Of a stretch of 64,000 nt of DNA, positions 10,522 to 21,400 are shown piece after piece. The notes below the pieces were generated by a model that made no database searches, was not told the DNA's origin, and saw nothing but the letters and a program-made list of their open reading frames with translations. The translations under genes and the position numbers were made by a program. How positions within the stretch are numbered: the first letter of the stretch is position 1; every line of letters begins with the position of its first letter. Origin of the DNA: a virus. The stretch is from positions 82,945-146,944 of IMG/VR virus record IMGVR_UViG_3300036790_000396. One strand, given 5' to 3'.

Positions 10522-13500
10522 AGGTCAGGTTCTCGCCGACGGCGGCGCTCCAGCGCGACCAGGCGGTCGCCCAGGGCATGAGCCGGATGCTCGCCCGCGG
10601 CGCGGAAGGCGCCCGCGATGACATGACCCCCGAGGTCGCCGAGGCCCGCATCAACCGGCGGGCATCGCTGCGCCGGACCGGCAGCTACGGCGGGGGAGGA
10701 GGCGGCGGAGCCTCTGGAGGCTTCTCGGACATTCAGTTCGCAACCGGGAGGCCCAGGGATCCTCTCTTCTACTGGAGGCAGAACAACCTCCCGTACGACT
10801 TCAGCCAGAACGAGGAGCTGGCGAAAGTCCGTGCCTTCTGCCGGCTGCTGTACCAGACCGACCCGATTGTCGGGTCCTGCATCGACATCTTCACGAAGTT
10901 CCCCACGATCGGGATGAACCTGGAGTGCCTCGGGCGTGACACGGGAGTCCTGACGCGCCAGGGCATGCGTCCTATCGGCGAGCTAGCCGGATCTGCCCAG
11001 GAGATCCTGACCGTCGGCGGCAAGTGGGCTACGGCGAAGTTCGAGAATTACGGCAGCAGGCGCCTTTACAAGATCACCCTGCGCCGTAACCGTCGTGAGA
11101 AGACGATTTACGCCACAGAAAATCACCGCTGGTTCCGCTGGAATGCGGACAAGGAAGCAAGGCGCTACGAGGGATCTTTCAATCCTGCTTCTAAGGTTTC
11201 GTGGGAGGATGTTCGAGAAATAAGGCTTAAATACGCTGAAGGCGATATTACTCAGAAGGACCTGGCTTCAGAGTACGGGATAACTCAGCCGGCGATCGGC
11301 CAGATAATCAGGCATGGCACCTGGAAGAATCCTCCCGCTGAGAAAAAGGAGCAGGCAACTAGAGCCTTTCCGGTGAAGGAAGAGGCAGTCACCGCTGACC
11401 TCATGCCGGGAGACCGGCTTGTCAGCGGGTGGTCGAAGAACCTCATCCATTCGACGTTTCCTTCTCCTTTTGGGATCGCGCATGGCATGACGTACGGAGA
11501 CGGTTCTCTGGAGACATCCGGAGGCGGCTCCTACATCACGCTGTACGGGGTGAAGGATCTCCAGATGCTGCCGTATTTCAACGGCTGCCATGTGACGGAT
11601 CCTCCCTCTGAAGCTCGCCGGAACGGAAGGCGCGTCAGCGGCCTTCCGTCTTCGTTCAGGCAGCGCCCGACCTTGGACGAAGGGACTTCCTACCTGTACG
11701 GCTGGCTGGCTGGCTACTTTGCGGCAGACGGCACCGTGTCCAGTGGCGGAGAGTGCTACCTAGATACTGCTTTTGAAGACAATGCCAGGTTCATTCAGCA
11801 TCTCTGCACAGTCTTGGGAATCAAGACCTATGACTATTACGCGTACACGGTGCCCTTTGTTCAGACGCCTCAGGGAGCTGTCTACGAAAATCACGAATCA
11901 TACCGCGTGCCCATCGATTCTGCGTCTCTTACGAAGGATTTCTTCTGCATCAGCGAGCATCGTGCGCGATGGGAAGGGCGCAAGGAACGTCAGCGACGAG
12001 AAGAATGGACTGTCATAGGAGTAGAGCGTACAGACCAGGTCGAAGAGGTTTTCTGCGCTAAGGTTCCCGAAACGGAATCTTTTGTCATCGAGGGAAATAT
12101 CCTCACCGGAAACTGCAAGGACAGCCGGCTGGAGGATTTCCACGGCGGCCTGTTCTTCGACGAGGACCATCTCGACTACGAGGAGTTCCTCGTCGACATC
12201 GGCCGCGAGTACTGGACTTCCGGGGAGGCGTGGCCGTTCGCCACGTTCAACGAGGATCTCGGCATCTGGGATGACGAGGAGCTGCTCAACCCCGACGACG
12301 TCAAGGTCGAGCGCAGCCCGTTCCTGAAGGAGCCCCGCTACTTCATCCGGCTCCCGTGGACCATCCGGCAGATCCTGCAGACGCGCCAGCCCCAGTACGA
12401 GTACTCCCGCCTCGTGCAGGAGTACCCCGAGCTGACCGCCTACACGGCGGAGAACACGTTCATGCCCGTGTCGAACGTGCTGCTGCGCCAGCTGAAGTTC
12501 CGCGGCGACACGTTCAACGTCCGCGGCCTCCCGCTGCTGACCCGCGCCATGCGCGCGATGCTGCAGAAGGAGATGCTCAACACCGCGCTGGACTCGATCG
12601 CGGACCGGCTCTACACGCCGCTGATCCTGTGCAAGCTCGGCGCCTCCGCCACCGACCTCGGGACCAGCCAGCCGTGGATCCCCACCGAGGACGACATGGA
12701 GAACTTCGAGCTGGCCCTCGACGCCGCCCTCGCCGGGGACTTCCGTGCCCTGATCTACAACTTCGCCGTCGACATGGCGCCCGTCCTGGGCCGCGAGCAG
12801 ATGCCCGACCTCACCCCTGACTTCGAGCGGATCGAGGACACGGTGCTGCAGGTCTTCGGGCTGTCCCGCACGCTGCTCACCGGTGCCGGGGCCGGGCAGA
12901 CCTACGCCGCCGACGCGCTGAACAAGGATCTCGTCACCCAGCTGATGAGCCGGTACCAGAAGTTCCTTGCCCGCCACTTCCGGCAGCGCGCCCAGGTCGT
13001 CGCCGAGGCCCAGGAGCACTACGACTACCGCGAGCACGGCGGCAAGAGGTACGTCATCATGGAGGAAGTCCTCGAAACCGACGAGGAGACCGGCGAGAAG
13101 CGCCTCGTCGAGCAGCCCAAGCTGCTGGTGCCCGAGCTGAAGTTCAAGGTGCTGAACCTGTCGGACGAGGACGCCCGGCGCCAGTTCATCGAGGCGCTGC
13201 GCTCCGGCGGCGTCCCCGTCTCCCAGCGCACCCGCACCCGCGGCCTCGACGTCGACCTGCAGGAGGAAGAGGAAGTCTCCTCCGACGAGGCCGTCCGCCA
13301 GGCGGTCAAGGAGCAGGAAACCCGCAGGCAGACGTTCATCGCGCTGCGAGACGGCGGCCTGCCCATCCCGGAGGATCTCGCGACGGACTTCAGCCCGCAC
13401 GCCCAGGTCCAGGGGATGCCCGCGATGCCCGGCGCACCGGGGATGCCGCTCCCGCGCCTGGGCAGCGAGCCGCAGCCGCTGATGGCCCTCGCCCCCGTCC

Positions 13501-13898
13501 CGCAGGACCAGGAGGAGGAGCAGGCCGCGCAGGAGGACGAGATGAACGCGCCGCCCGAGGACTCCGGGGGAGAGTTCCCGCCCGCAGGGGAGGAGAGCGC
13601 GGTGCCGCCCGAGTCGGGCGAGCAGCGCAAGGGGATGCCCAGCCAGGCTGCCCTGTTCCGGCGTACCGCCTCGTCCCGCGACCGCGCGCTGGCCCGCCGC
13701 CGGGAGCGCAGCGAGCGGCTGGCCGCGGAGGCCGCCGTCCCCGAGGAGCATGCCGGGGGCCCGGACAGCACCTGGCACTCGTACGGCACCCCCGAGCCGT
13801 ACCGGACGCCCGCGGTGGTGGGATCGCGGTGGTCGCGCCCGGCCGGGTCGGGCGAGAAGCCGGAAGCCGATGAGATGGAGTACTTGACACCAGGCTGA
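10518..13898 (+). CDS. portal protein, intein-containing
   Basis: Helical portal-like extein (LYQTDPIVGSCIDIF; RGLPLLTRAMR; ADRLYTPLILCKLG); position ahead of protease and capsid genes. Confidence 0.8.
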   Translation: MKVRFSPTAALQRDQAVAQGMSRMLARGAEGARDDMTPEVAEARINRRASLRRTGSYGGGGGGGASGGFSDIQFATGRPRDPLFYWRQNNLPYDFSQNEELAKVRAFCRLLYQTDPIVGSCIDIFTKFPTIGMNLECLGRDTGVLTRQGMRPIGELAGSAQEILTVGGKWATAKFENYGSRRLYKITLRRNRREKTIYATENHRWFRWNADKEARRYEGSFNPASKVSWEDVREIRLKYAEGDITQKDLASEYGITQPAIGQIIRHGTWKNPPAEKKEQATRAFPVKEEAVTADLMPGDRLVSGWSKNLIHSTFPSPFGIAHGMTYGDGSLETSGGGSYITLYGVKDLQMLPYFNGCHVTDPPSEARRNGRRVSGLPSSFRQRPTLDEGTSYLYGWLAGYFAADGTVSSGGECYLDTAFEDNARFIQHLCTVLGIKTYDYYAYTVPFVQTPQGAVYENHESYRVPIDSASLTKDFFCISEHRARWEGRKERQRREEWTVIGVERTDQVEEVFCAKVPETESFVIEGNILTGNCKDSRLEDFHGGLFFDEDHLDYEEFLVDIGREYWTSGEAWPFATFNEDLGIWDDEELLNPDDVKVERSPFLKEPRYFIRLPWTIRQILQTRQPQYEYSRLVQEYPELTAYTAENTFMPVSNVLLRQLKFRGDTFNVRGLPLLTRAMRAMLQKEMLNTALDSIADRLYTPLILCKLGASATDLGTSQPWIPTEDDMENFELALDAALAGDFRALIYNFAVDMAPVLGREQMPDLTPDFERIEDTVLQVFGLSRTLLTGAGAGQTYAADALNKDLVTQLMSRYQKFLARHFRQRAQVVAEAQEHYDYREHGGKRYVIMEEVLETDEETGEKRLVEQPKLLVPELKFKVLNLSDEDARRQFIEALRSGGVPVSQRTRTRGLDVDLQEEEEVSSDEAVRQAVKEQETRRQTFIALRDGGLPIPEDLATDFSPHAQVQGMPAMPGAPGMPLPRLGSEPQPLMALAPVPQDQEEEQAAQEDEMNAPPEDSGGEFPPAGEESAVPPESGEQRKGMPSQAALFRRTASSRDRALARRRERSERLAAEAAVPEEHAGGPDSTWHSYGTPEPYRTPAVVGSRWSRPAGSGEKPEADEMEYLTPG
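10926..12113 (+). mobile_element. intein with LAGLIDADG endonuclease and inserted HTH (396 aa)
   Basis: CLGRDTGVLT start; ATENHRW; HGMTYGDGS and GWLAGYFAADG; EEVFCAKV...NILTGN|C end; lower GC than the extein. Confidence 0.93.
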
Positions 13899-13920
13899 TT
13901 ACCAATAATATTAGTGACGC

Positions 13921-14070
13921 GGCTCCTGGCACGTGATTCGCACTCCGGCATTCACCGGATGGAGAGGACTGCGAATCCTCTCGCGCGTGCTTCGCTAAGT
14001 CCCGGGAGCGGGCAGGCGGCTGCCGCCGACCTAGTCGGAGAGGCATCTCCGGCAAGGCGGCAGCCGCCGT
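13921..14070 (+). ncRNA. putative structured RNA upstream of two tRNA-like elements
   Basis: Nested stems GCTCCTGG/CCGGGAGC, GCACGTG/CGCGTGC, GAGAGGA/TCCTCTC and GGCGGCTGCCGCC/GGCGGCAGCCGCC; follows a TACCAATAAT motif. Confidence 0.45.
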
Positions 14071-14074
14071 CACG

Positions 14075-14158
14075 GGGCACGTAGCTCAATAGCAGAGCCG
14101 GCCGGCGCCGTTAAACAACAGAGGCCAGAGATGCAGGTGCAAATCCTGCCGTGCCCCC
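14075..14158 (+). ncRNA. tRNA-like element with enlarged anticodon region
   Basis: Acceptor GGGCACG/CGTGCCC; D-arm GCTC/GAGC; T-arm GCAGG-TGCAAAT-CCTGC; GGCC/GGCC stem enclosing a ~19-nt loop. Confidence 0.65.
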
Positions 14159-14173
14159 TCGTACGCTGGGACC

Positions 14174-14251
14174 GGGCGGGTAGCTCAGGTGGCAGAGCGC
14201 GCGCTGGCGTCCCCGGCGCGGACAGTGCCGGTTCGAGTCCGGCCCCGCCCT
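14174..14251 (+). ncRNA. tRNA-like element with non-canonical anticodon arm
   Basis: Acceptor GGGCGGG/CCCGCCC; D-arm GCTC-AGGTGGCA-GAGC; T-arm GCCGG-TTCGAGT-CCGGC; 8-bp anticodon stem with 5-nt loop CGTCC. Confidence 0.7.
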
Positions 14252-14287
14252 GGGGCCATCCCTCGGAAGAAACGAGAGGGAGGCCCC

Positions 14288-15478
14288 GTGGAACGACGCA
14301 TCACCCGGCACGCCGCCAGGCTGGCCGCGCAGGACACCGGACCGGACGCTGACTTCCGGCAGGGCCAGCGCGTGCGCACCGCTGACGGCATCGCCGGCAC
14401 CGTGGCCGCTGTCGAGCCCGGCTTCTCGCCCGGCTCCGAGACCTACTCCGTGACCCTCGACGGCGGCATGGGCGGGGGCTCTTACAGTCCCGGCCAGCTC
14501 CGCGCGGTGGCCGCGATCGACGAGGTGACCGCCGATATCGACGGCAAGCTCGCCTCCGACTCCTACCCCGAGATGGGCACCATCCTGCACGACCGCCCCG
14601 ACCCCGGCCGCGAGATCACCGTCATCGGCATGCGCAAGCAGGCCGCTTCCCAGTTTCACCAGCAGATGGACCCGTTCCTGTACCGCGGCCTCAATGTCGA
14701 GCTGCCGCCGGACGTGCACGCGAAGGTTCACGACTCGTCTCGCCCTGAGCATGAGCGCGGATTCCATCTCGCCCGCTACCTCCTCACGCACCCGCACCCG
14801 TTCGGGGGAGAAGCCGGAGAAGGGCTGGGCCGGGACTGGTACTACGACTCGCACAAGGCGTCCGAGGCGGCCGAGCAGAGAATGCCCTGGTCCCGGAACC
14901 TCAGCAGCGGGCGCGACCCGAAGCGCACTCCCGTCGTCGTCAAGGCGTACAACCCCGAACTGGAGCATCTCCTCAAGCCGGAGGAAATGGCTTCCTACAC
15001 GCGGTCCCGGAACTGGTCTGATGTCATGATGCCCGAGCACGGCAAAACCGAGGTGCGCCGCGCCGGATCACCGGTTGAGATCCATTCCCTGTGGTGGAAC
15101 CACCCGGAGCACCTCGACCCGGGATCCCTGCATTACGGGGAAGAGGGCGAGCTGCAGTTCCCGGAGCCGATCCGGGTGAAGGCCGGCCTGTCGCGCAGCG
15201 CCGCCGACCAGGGCGAGATGGAGCGCCACCTGACGCTGCCCGCCGGCAACGGCGGCCACGGCATGCCCCCGGAGATAATGCGCGCCTTCCGCAGCGGCGG
15301 CCGGGGCCTGGAAGACGTGCACTCGCAGATCCACGCGAAGCACGACTTCGGCGAGCACGAACTCAGCCACCATCACGGCGGTCCCTCCGCCTGGGAGTAC
15401 GGCGCCGACGCCGCGGGCACCCACGCGTTCACCGGCTCGCGCCGCTGGATTCCCGCCGACCCCCGCTGGGAGGCATGA
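14288..15478 (+). CDS. modular head-associated protein (SH3-like N-domain, ART-like repeat, His module)
   Basis: GGAGG RBS then GTG 14288; FRQGQRVRTADGIAGTV; LYRG... repeat homologous to those in the next gene. Confidence 0.75.
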   Translation: MERRITRHAARLAAQDTGPDADFRQGQRVRTADGIAGTVAAVEPGFSPGSETYSVTLDGGMGGGSYSPGQLRAVAAIDEVTADIDGKLASDSYPEMGTILHDRPDPGREITVIGMRKQAASQFHQQMDPFLYRGLNVELPPDVHAKVHDSSRPEHERGFHLARYLLTHPHPFGGEAGEGLGRDWYYDSHKASEAAEQRMPWSRNLSSGRDPKRTPVVVKAYNPELEHLLKPEEMASYTRSRNWSDVMMPEHGKTEVRRAGSPVEIHSLWWNHPEHLDPGSLHYGEEGELQFPEPIRVKAGLSRSAADQGEMERHLTLPAGNGGHGMPPEIMRAFRSGGRGLEDVHSQIHAKHDFGEHELSHHHGGPSAWEYGADAAGTHAFTGSRRWIPADPRWEA

Positions 15479-18400
15479 TGGCCTGGTACGACGAGCCCGG
15501 CCATGCTCCTGTCGGCGACGAGCTGCACCGCGGCATCGGGATCTACCTCCCGCAGGATCTCCACGACTACGTCCACGACGAGTCGGTCCCGCCGGACAGG
15601 CGCGCTCACGCGCTGCTGGACCGCATCGGGCACACTCCCGGCTGGGCCTGGTCCGACGACCCGGTGTCCGCCAAGCGCTACGCCGAGCTGAACGAGCCCC
15701 CCGTATGGCATGAGGGCGAGTCCGGCGAGGTTACCCCGGTGATGCTGCACGCCCGCACCCCGGGGCGCGAGCACTGGCTGTCCGGCCCGCATGCCCTGCG
15801 CGCCCGCGAGCTGGCCGGCGGCTACGACGACGAGCGCCCGCGCCCTGATCCCGCGCAGCGGGAAGTGCAGCTGGAGGCGGGTGCCCCGCTCGACGTCACC
15901 GGCATCTCCTGGGCGCGCCCGGACCACGTCGGCCCGTGGGGCATCCATGCGGGCGAGCAGTCCCCCGCGCAGGACCCCGGCTGGACGGCGCACCGGTTCC
16001 CGCGCCGCATCCAGCTGACTGCCGCTGTTCTCCCCGCGAAGACGGCTGCCGCCAGCCGGGACGACTTGCAGGACAAGAGCAAGGTCTACCTGAGGTTCGG
16101 GCACTGGCCGGAGAACGAGCGCTCTTTCAGCGGCGCGGGCGGCTATCACGAGGACGGCGTGAGCGCCTACGAGCTGGACGGGGACGGTGACCCGAAGGAC
16201 CCGGATCCCGATTATGAGCGCGGTCACGTCCACGAGGGATGCGATCCTGACTGCGACATGGACCTGGACGACCCGGACAACGACACGGGCGAGGAGATGG
16301 AAGGCCGCGTCCGCCGCGCCCAGCGCAACCGGGAGAACGGCAGTGACGTCCGGGGCGAGACCGGGCACCTCGTGAGGGGAGACGTCGCCGGCCTCGGCTA
16401 CGACGCTGAGCCGCTGCTGACGAACGTGCGCCGCGTCGGCGACTGGATCGACCACCGGCACCTGTTCGTCCCGGGTGCCCGGCCGCACCGTCTTGCCCGC
16501 GATCCCTCCAGCGGGGACTACGAGCCCCCGGCGGAGCAGCCGCCGCTGCGTCACGAGGGAGCCGCTTTCCCTCATTCCCAGCTGAAGCTGTTTCACATGC
16601 AGCCCGATCCGGGCCTGAATGTCCCGGAGTCCGGCCGCCACAACCCTGAGGATCCCGGTGCCCACTCCCGCTGGCGCGAGGAGACCGACCCGGACTACGA
16701 GGCACCGCGCTGCCAGAACTGCGGCGGCAACCTGCATGACCCGGAAGGCCACGCTGAAGACCACCAGAACTGGCTCGGGGAACAGGACTGGCATACCGAC
16801 TGGAACGAGGAGCAGCCAGGTCCCGTCCTGCACCGCGGCCTCGTCATGGAACTGCCGCCGGAACTGCACAACCGCGTCCACGACGAGTCCGTCCCCGCCG
16901 CCGACCGTGCCCGCGCACTGGTCCGCCATGTCATCCGCGACCAGGGGGACGGAAGCCCGCACGGGGGCCTGGGCAATTTCTGGTCCGATGATCCCGACGT
17001 CTCCAAGAGCTACGCGGAAGGCCGCGGCGGCTCCCGGTCCGAGACGCCGGTCATGCTGCACGTGAAGACGCCGCCGATGGAGCACGTCGAGACCGACCCG
17101 GATCAGCTGGAGCACTGGGGCGTATTCAGTTACCACCTGAACGGCAACCGCGAGGTCCCCCTCCAGCATCAGGCCCCGCTGGAGATCACCGGCGTCTCCT
17201 GGGCGCACCCGGGCCATGCCGTGACCAGGGGCCCCTCTCCCCATGATGCTGCCGCCTGGCATGAGCCGGGCCCGCATCACTTCGGGCAGGATCCCGCCTG
17301 GACGCATCACGAGTTCGGCGACGGCATACGCGCGCACGCAGCCAGCGAGAAGACGTGGACGGGTGATCCTGCCCCTGACTGGGAACGCGCTTTCAGGGAG
17401 AAGGACCCGCGCCTGACGGAGATGCACCGCGGCATCCGGGTGTATCCCTCCGACGATGTCTACCGGCACGTCACCGATACGAGCATCCCCGGCGCTGACC
17501 GGGCACATGTCCTGCTGCGGCATATCGGCGAGCAGATGCGCGAGCAGCCCGGGCACGGAATCGGCATTTCCTGGACCGATAATCCCGATCACGCGATGCG
17601 CGTGGCGCGCGACGGCGGCTGGGCCGAGGACGCAGCGCGTTCCTGGCGCTGGCCGCACCCGGATGACCGGGGCGACCACCTGGGCGTCGTGCTCAATGCG
17701 AAGTGGCCCGAGAAAGGGCACATCGAGACTGACCAGCGGGTACTGAACAGGCATCTTGTCGTTCCCTATGACTCGCCGGCCACTGAAGGAGAGATTCCTC
17801 TCCGCAAGGGCGCTCCCGCCACGATCACGGGGCTCACATGGTCCCAGCCCCTTCCCGGATGGGGACACCAGTATGCTGTCCACTCCGGTACCTTCGGCCG
17901 TCCTGTCCGCTACAACGGCACGGACTTCGAGTTTCCCGGCCAGGACCGCATCGCCGCCTATCAGGGCGAGACTGACCCGCGCGAGAGCGAGTTCAACGGC
18001 GACCCCCAGGTCGCCGGCGTCTACTGGACCGCCCCGGCCCAGCAGTCCGCGGTGCAGGACGGGCAGCTGGACGATCCGCAGGTGCTGGCTCCCGTGCTGC
18101 CGGTCCCTCCGATGCTGCCGATGACCCCGGTCGCCACGCGGATCTACGACCAGAAGATCGACGATCACGGGGATGCCCCCGACCACGGGACGCGGCCCCG
18201 CGCCTCCGACCCCGAGGGCTACGACCGTGACTCCACCGAGGGCAACGGCGACCCGAAGTGGTCGGACGCGAGCGAGCAGACCAAGCGCGACCAGAACGGC
18301 GCCGCGATTGCCATGTACCCCGAGGGCGTCTCCGCCGGCGGGGGCCCGGGGATCTCGGTGGGCCCGTTCACCGCGGCCCGGCTGCGGTACTCCGCCTGCG

Positions 18401-21400
18401 GTACCGCCCCCGAGGGCGGCGAGGTGACTGCGGCCCGTGTCCCGTGGACCGATCATGAGCGCACTGTTCTCAAGGGCTGGCAGGAAGTGCCGGCCGGGCA
18501 AGAGGGAGACTTCGTGAGCAGCAGGGACTTCACCGGGCGCCATCCCGAGCCGCCGCCGGACAACCTCGCGATGCTGCCTCCCTCCGAGGCCGCGAGGAAC
18601 GAGGAGACCTGGCCCGAGCTGCCCGGCGCCGACCTGGTTTCCTCGCCCCAGGAGCGCAGCAAGCCGTATCACCCCGAGACGACCCTGGAGAATTTCGACC
18701 ACCGCGAGTGGATCAACGACATCGACCCGAACGCTCACAAGTCCGGGGACAAGGGCTGGTTCGAGCACACCCTCAGCTCCCTCCGCGCCCAGGCCGCAGA
18801 GGAGGGCGAAGAGGAAGACGAGCCCGCGCCCCGGTCCCTGCGCGAGTTCCGCGTCAGCCCCCGCCAGGGTCATCCCGGCCAGGGCGGAACGGTGCCGAAG
18901 AACCCGCAGTCGGCCATCACCAACGCCGTGCCGCACGACTGGGCAGCGGCCTACGGGCCGCTGACTCGCGCCAAGATGAGCGCCCTGGAGCCCACTCCCC
19001 GCGCCTTCCTCCTGGCCGTCGCCGCGGCGGCCTCTCCTGCCGCCGGCCCGGATGACGACGATCCCGGTGAGGACGAGGAAGACGCCGAGGAGATGCCGGG
19101 CGGCTTCGATGACCGCGCCCTGATGCCGCAGGTGCTGCAGGGGCAGGCCCCTCCCGGCGCGTTCGCGCCGCCGCCGGTGGCGGCCGAGGGCCTCGATCCC
19201 TACAGCCAGGCCGGGATGAGCAGCCAGGACCGGCTGATGCGCCAGTACGAGCGTGATCACCCCGGCGCGGGCGAGCTGAAGCCGTTCAGCCGCGACGACG
19301 AGACGGAGCGGAAGGAAGACCGCGAGAGCGTGCAGGCGCATGCGTCGCTGCGCGCCCTCGCGTCGCTGCCGGCGTTCCGGTTCGAGGTCACCGCCTCCTG
19401 GAACGACGTGCAGGCCAAGGCGCAGCGGCTGCGCACCACCGGGTCGGTGAGGATCACCCACGCCACGAAGGGCATGATCATCGGCGAGGTCCGCGGCGAC
19501 CACGCTACCTACGAGTCCGGCATCCAGTCCTATCCGGGGCGCCCGCAGTCCGTGATGGCATGGGAGTGCGGCTGCCCCTGGGCGTCCTTCCACCAGAATC
19601 AGCCGCGGGGCAGCTCCCGCTTCGCGGCCCGGATGTGCAGTCATGCCCTGGCGATCCGGTACGAGGCGCAGTCCCGCGGCATGTTCGGCCGCACGGTCGC
19701 TCCCGACACCCGCGCCCCGTCGTGGCAGCCGCACGACGTCGTCGTCAAGTCCTGGCCGCCGTACGAGGGCGATCCGCACGCCGGCCGCTGGCGCGAGCAG
19801 CTCATGGCCCCGGCCGCCAGCCGTACCGCCGCGCGGGAGGGGGGGCTGCCGTTCGTCCCGTCCTACGGGCAGGACGATCTCCGCGCGCACCTGATGCACC
19901 ACCACGGGCTGCCCGCGTCGTTGCAGAACGCCCACATGAGCGACGCGGAGACAGAGCGGTGGCACCGGGGGAAGCACCGGAACCGGACGGACGAGACTCA
20001 CCAGCACGAGCGGCCGGAGGGCATCGGCGCCGAGCACGAGTACCCCGCGATGGCCGAGCCGTCCGAGGACTACGGCGCGTGGAACGGCGACCGGGAGGTT
20101 CACCCGCGGTACTTCCCCGGGATGCTCGCTGACGAGGACCGGTCGCGGGCGTTCGGGCCGCTGCCGCCCTCCTACAGCTCGCTGCAGAGGACGGCTGCCG
20201 AGGACGAGGACTCCCAGCAGGACGTCCCGTTCGGCGAGGGCGTCACGCCCGGCCACCCGTTCCGCCGCGGTGACATCTCCAACGGCATGTACTCCCCGCA
20301 CACCCAGCTCGGCAGTCCCTGGTACCTTCCCGCCGGCACGCAGGAGCGGTACGAGGAGGGAAGCAGCGACGAGCACGCCGGGCAGCTCAGCGCGCTCCGC
20401 GAGCAGCGCGAGGAAATGCGGGAGGACGCCGAGGAAGAGGAGCGCGAGCGCCGCGAGCACCAGGAGAACGGCGGCGGCTTCCGGCCGCGCCCGTCACTGC
20501 GCATGTCCCGCCGCGTGACCGCCGACCAGGCCAATGCCCCCTGGGGTGCCCAGAACGTCGTGCAGCACCTCCCGCAGCAGCCCTACGGTGCCACGTCGCC
20601 GGCCGAGAAGGACCAGGATCCCGGCTCCTACGGCCCGCTGTCCGGCCCCGACCCGGAGAACTGGGGCGAGATCCAGGACGGGTCGGCCGTCCAGATGCCC
20701 CTGAGCAGCGAGGCCGTCCTGCATTACATCGCCGCCGGCGCCGCGGTGATGGACGCTCCCGTGCGCACGCGCCAGGTCAGCAGCCCGAAGCTCAGTGATG
20801 ACGGCGGGGGTCCTCCCCCGCTGGAGATGGGCAGCGGCGGCGGAGGAGACGGCGAGGGCCGGTACCGGTACCTGATCACCCGGCACAGCCCCAACGGCTT
20901 CAGCCTCATCAACGACCTCCCGGCGGGTCATCAGGACCAGCATGTCTCCTACCACCACACGGCGGACGAGGCGCTGCACATGCTCGGCCACAAGCAGCGG
21001 GCCGGGTCGGCTTCCCCGCACGAGGTGTACTACCTGCCGAAGATGGACGACACTGCGGGATGGAAGCAGAGCGACCGCGGGATGTACTGGGAAGACCAGG
21101 GGCGCAAGCCGCCGCCGCGCTACGACTGGGGAAAGAAATACCAGGAGCACCTGAACCGCTGGTTCAATCCCCGCTCTCCTTCGTACAGCCCGCACCCCGA
21201 TTACGTGCCGGCCTCGGCTGACATGAGCGACGCGGAGCTGCAGGACCACTGGAAGCAGCAGCACTCCCAGACGCCCATGCCGAAGCTGCGCAGCCGCGAG
21301 CAGCATGATCACCGCCATGACCGGCTGACCGACGACGTGCTGCCCGAGTCATTCGACTCGTTCAAGAACCAGTCGAATGACTTCAGGGACCAGAAGAAAG

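Noticed and set aside
14075-14251. Calling these canonical tRNAs with an amino-acid identity
   Set aside because: No 7-nt anticodon loop can be assigned in either.
15091-15477. Upstream start of the giant ORF
   Set aside because: Overlaps the preceding gene; RBS and stop/start coupling indicate 15475/15478.
15373-20460. 1695-aa minus-strand ORF (also 11898-13778 and 57121-59925)
   Set aside because: Antisense shadows of GC3-biased plus-strand genes; no motifs or RBS.
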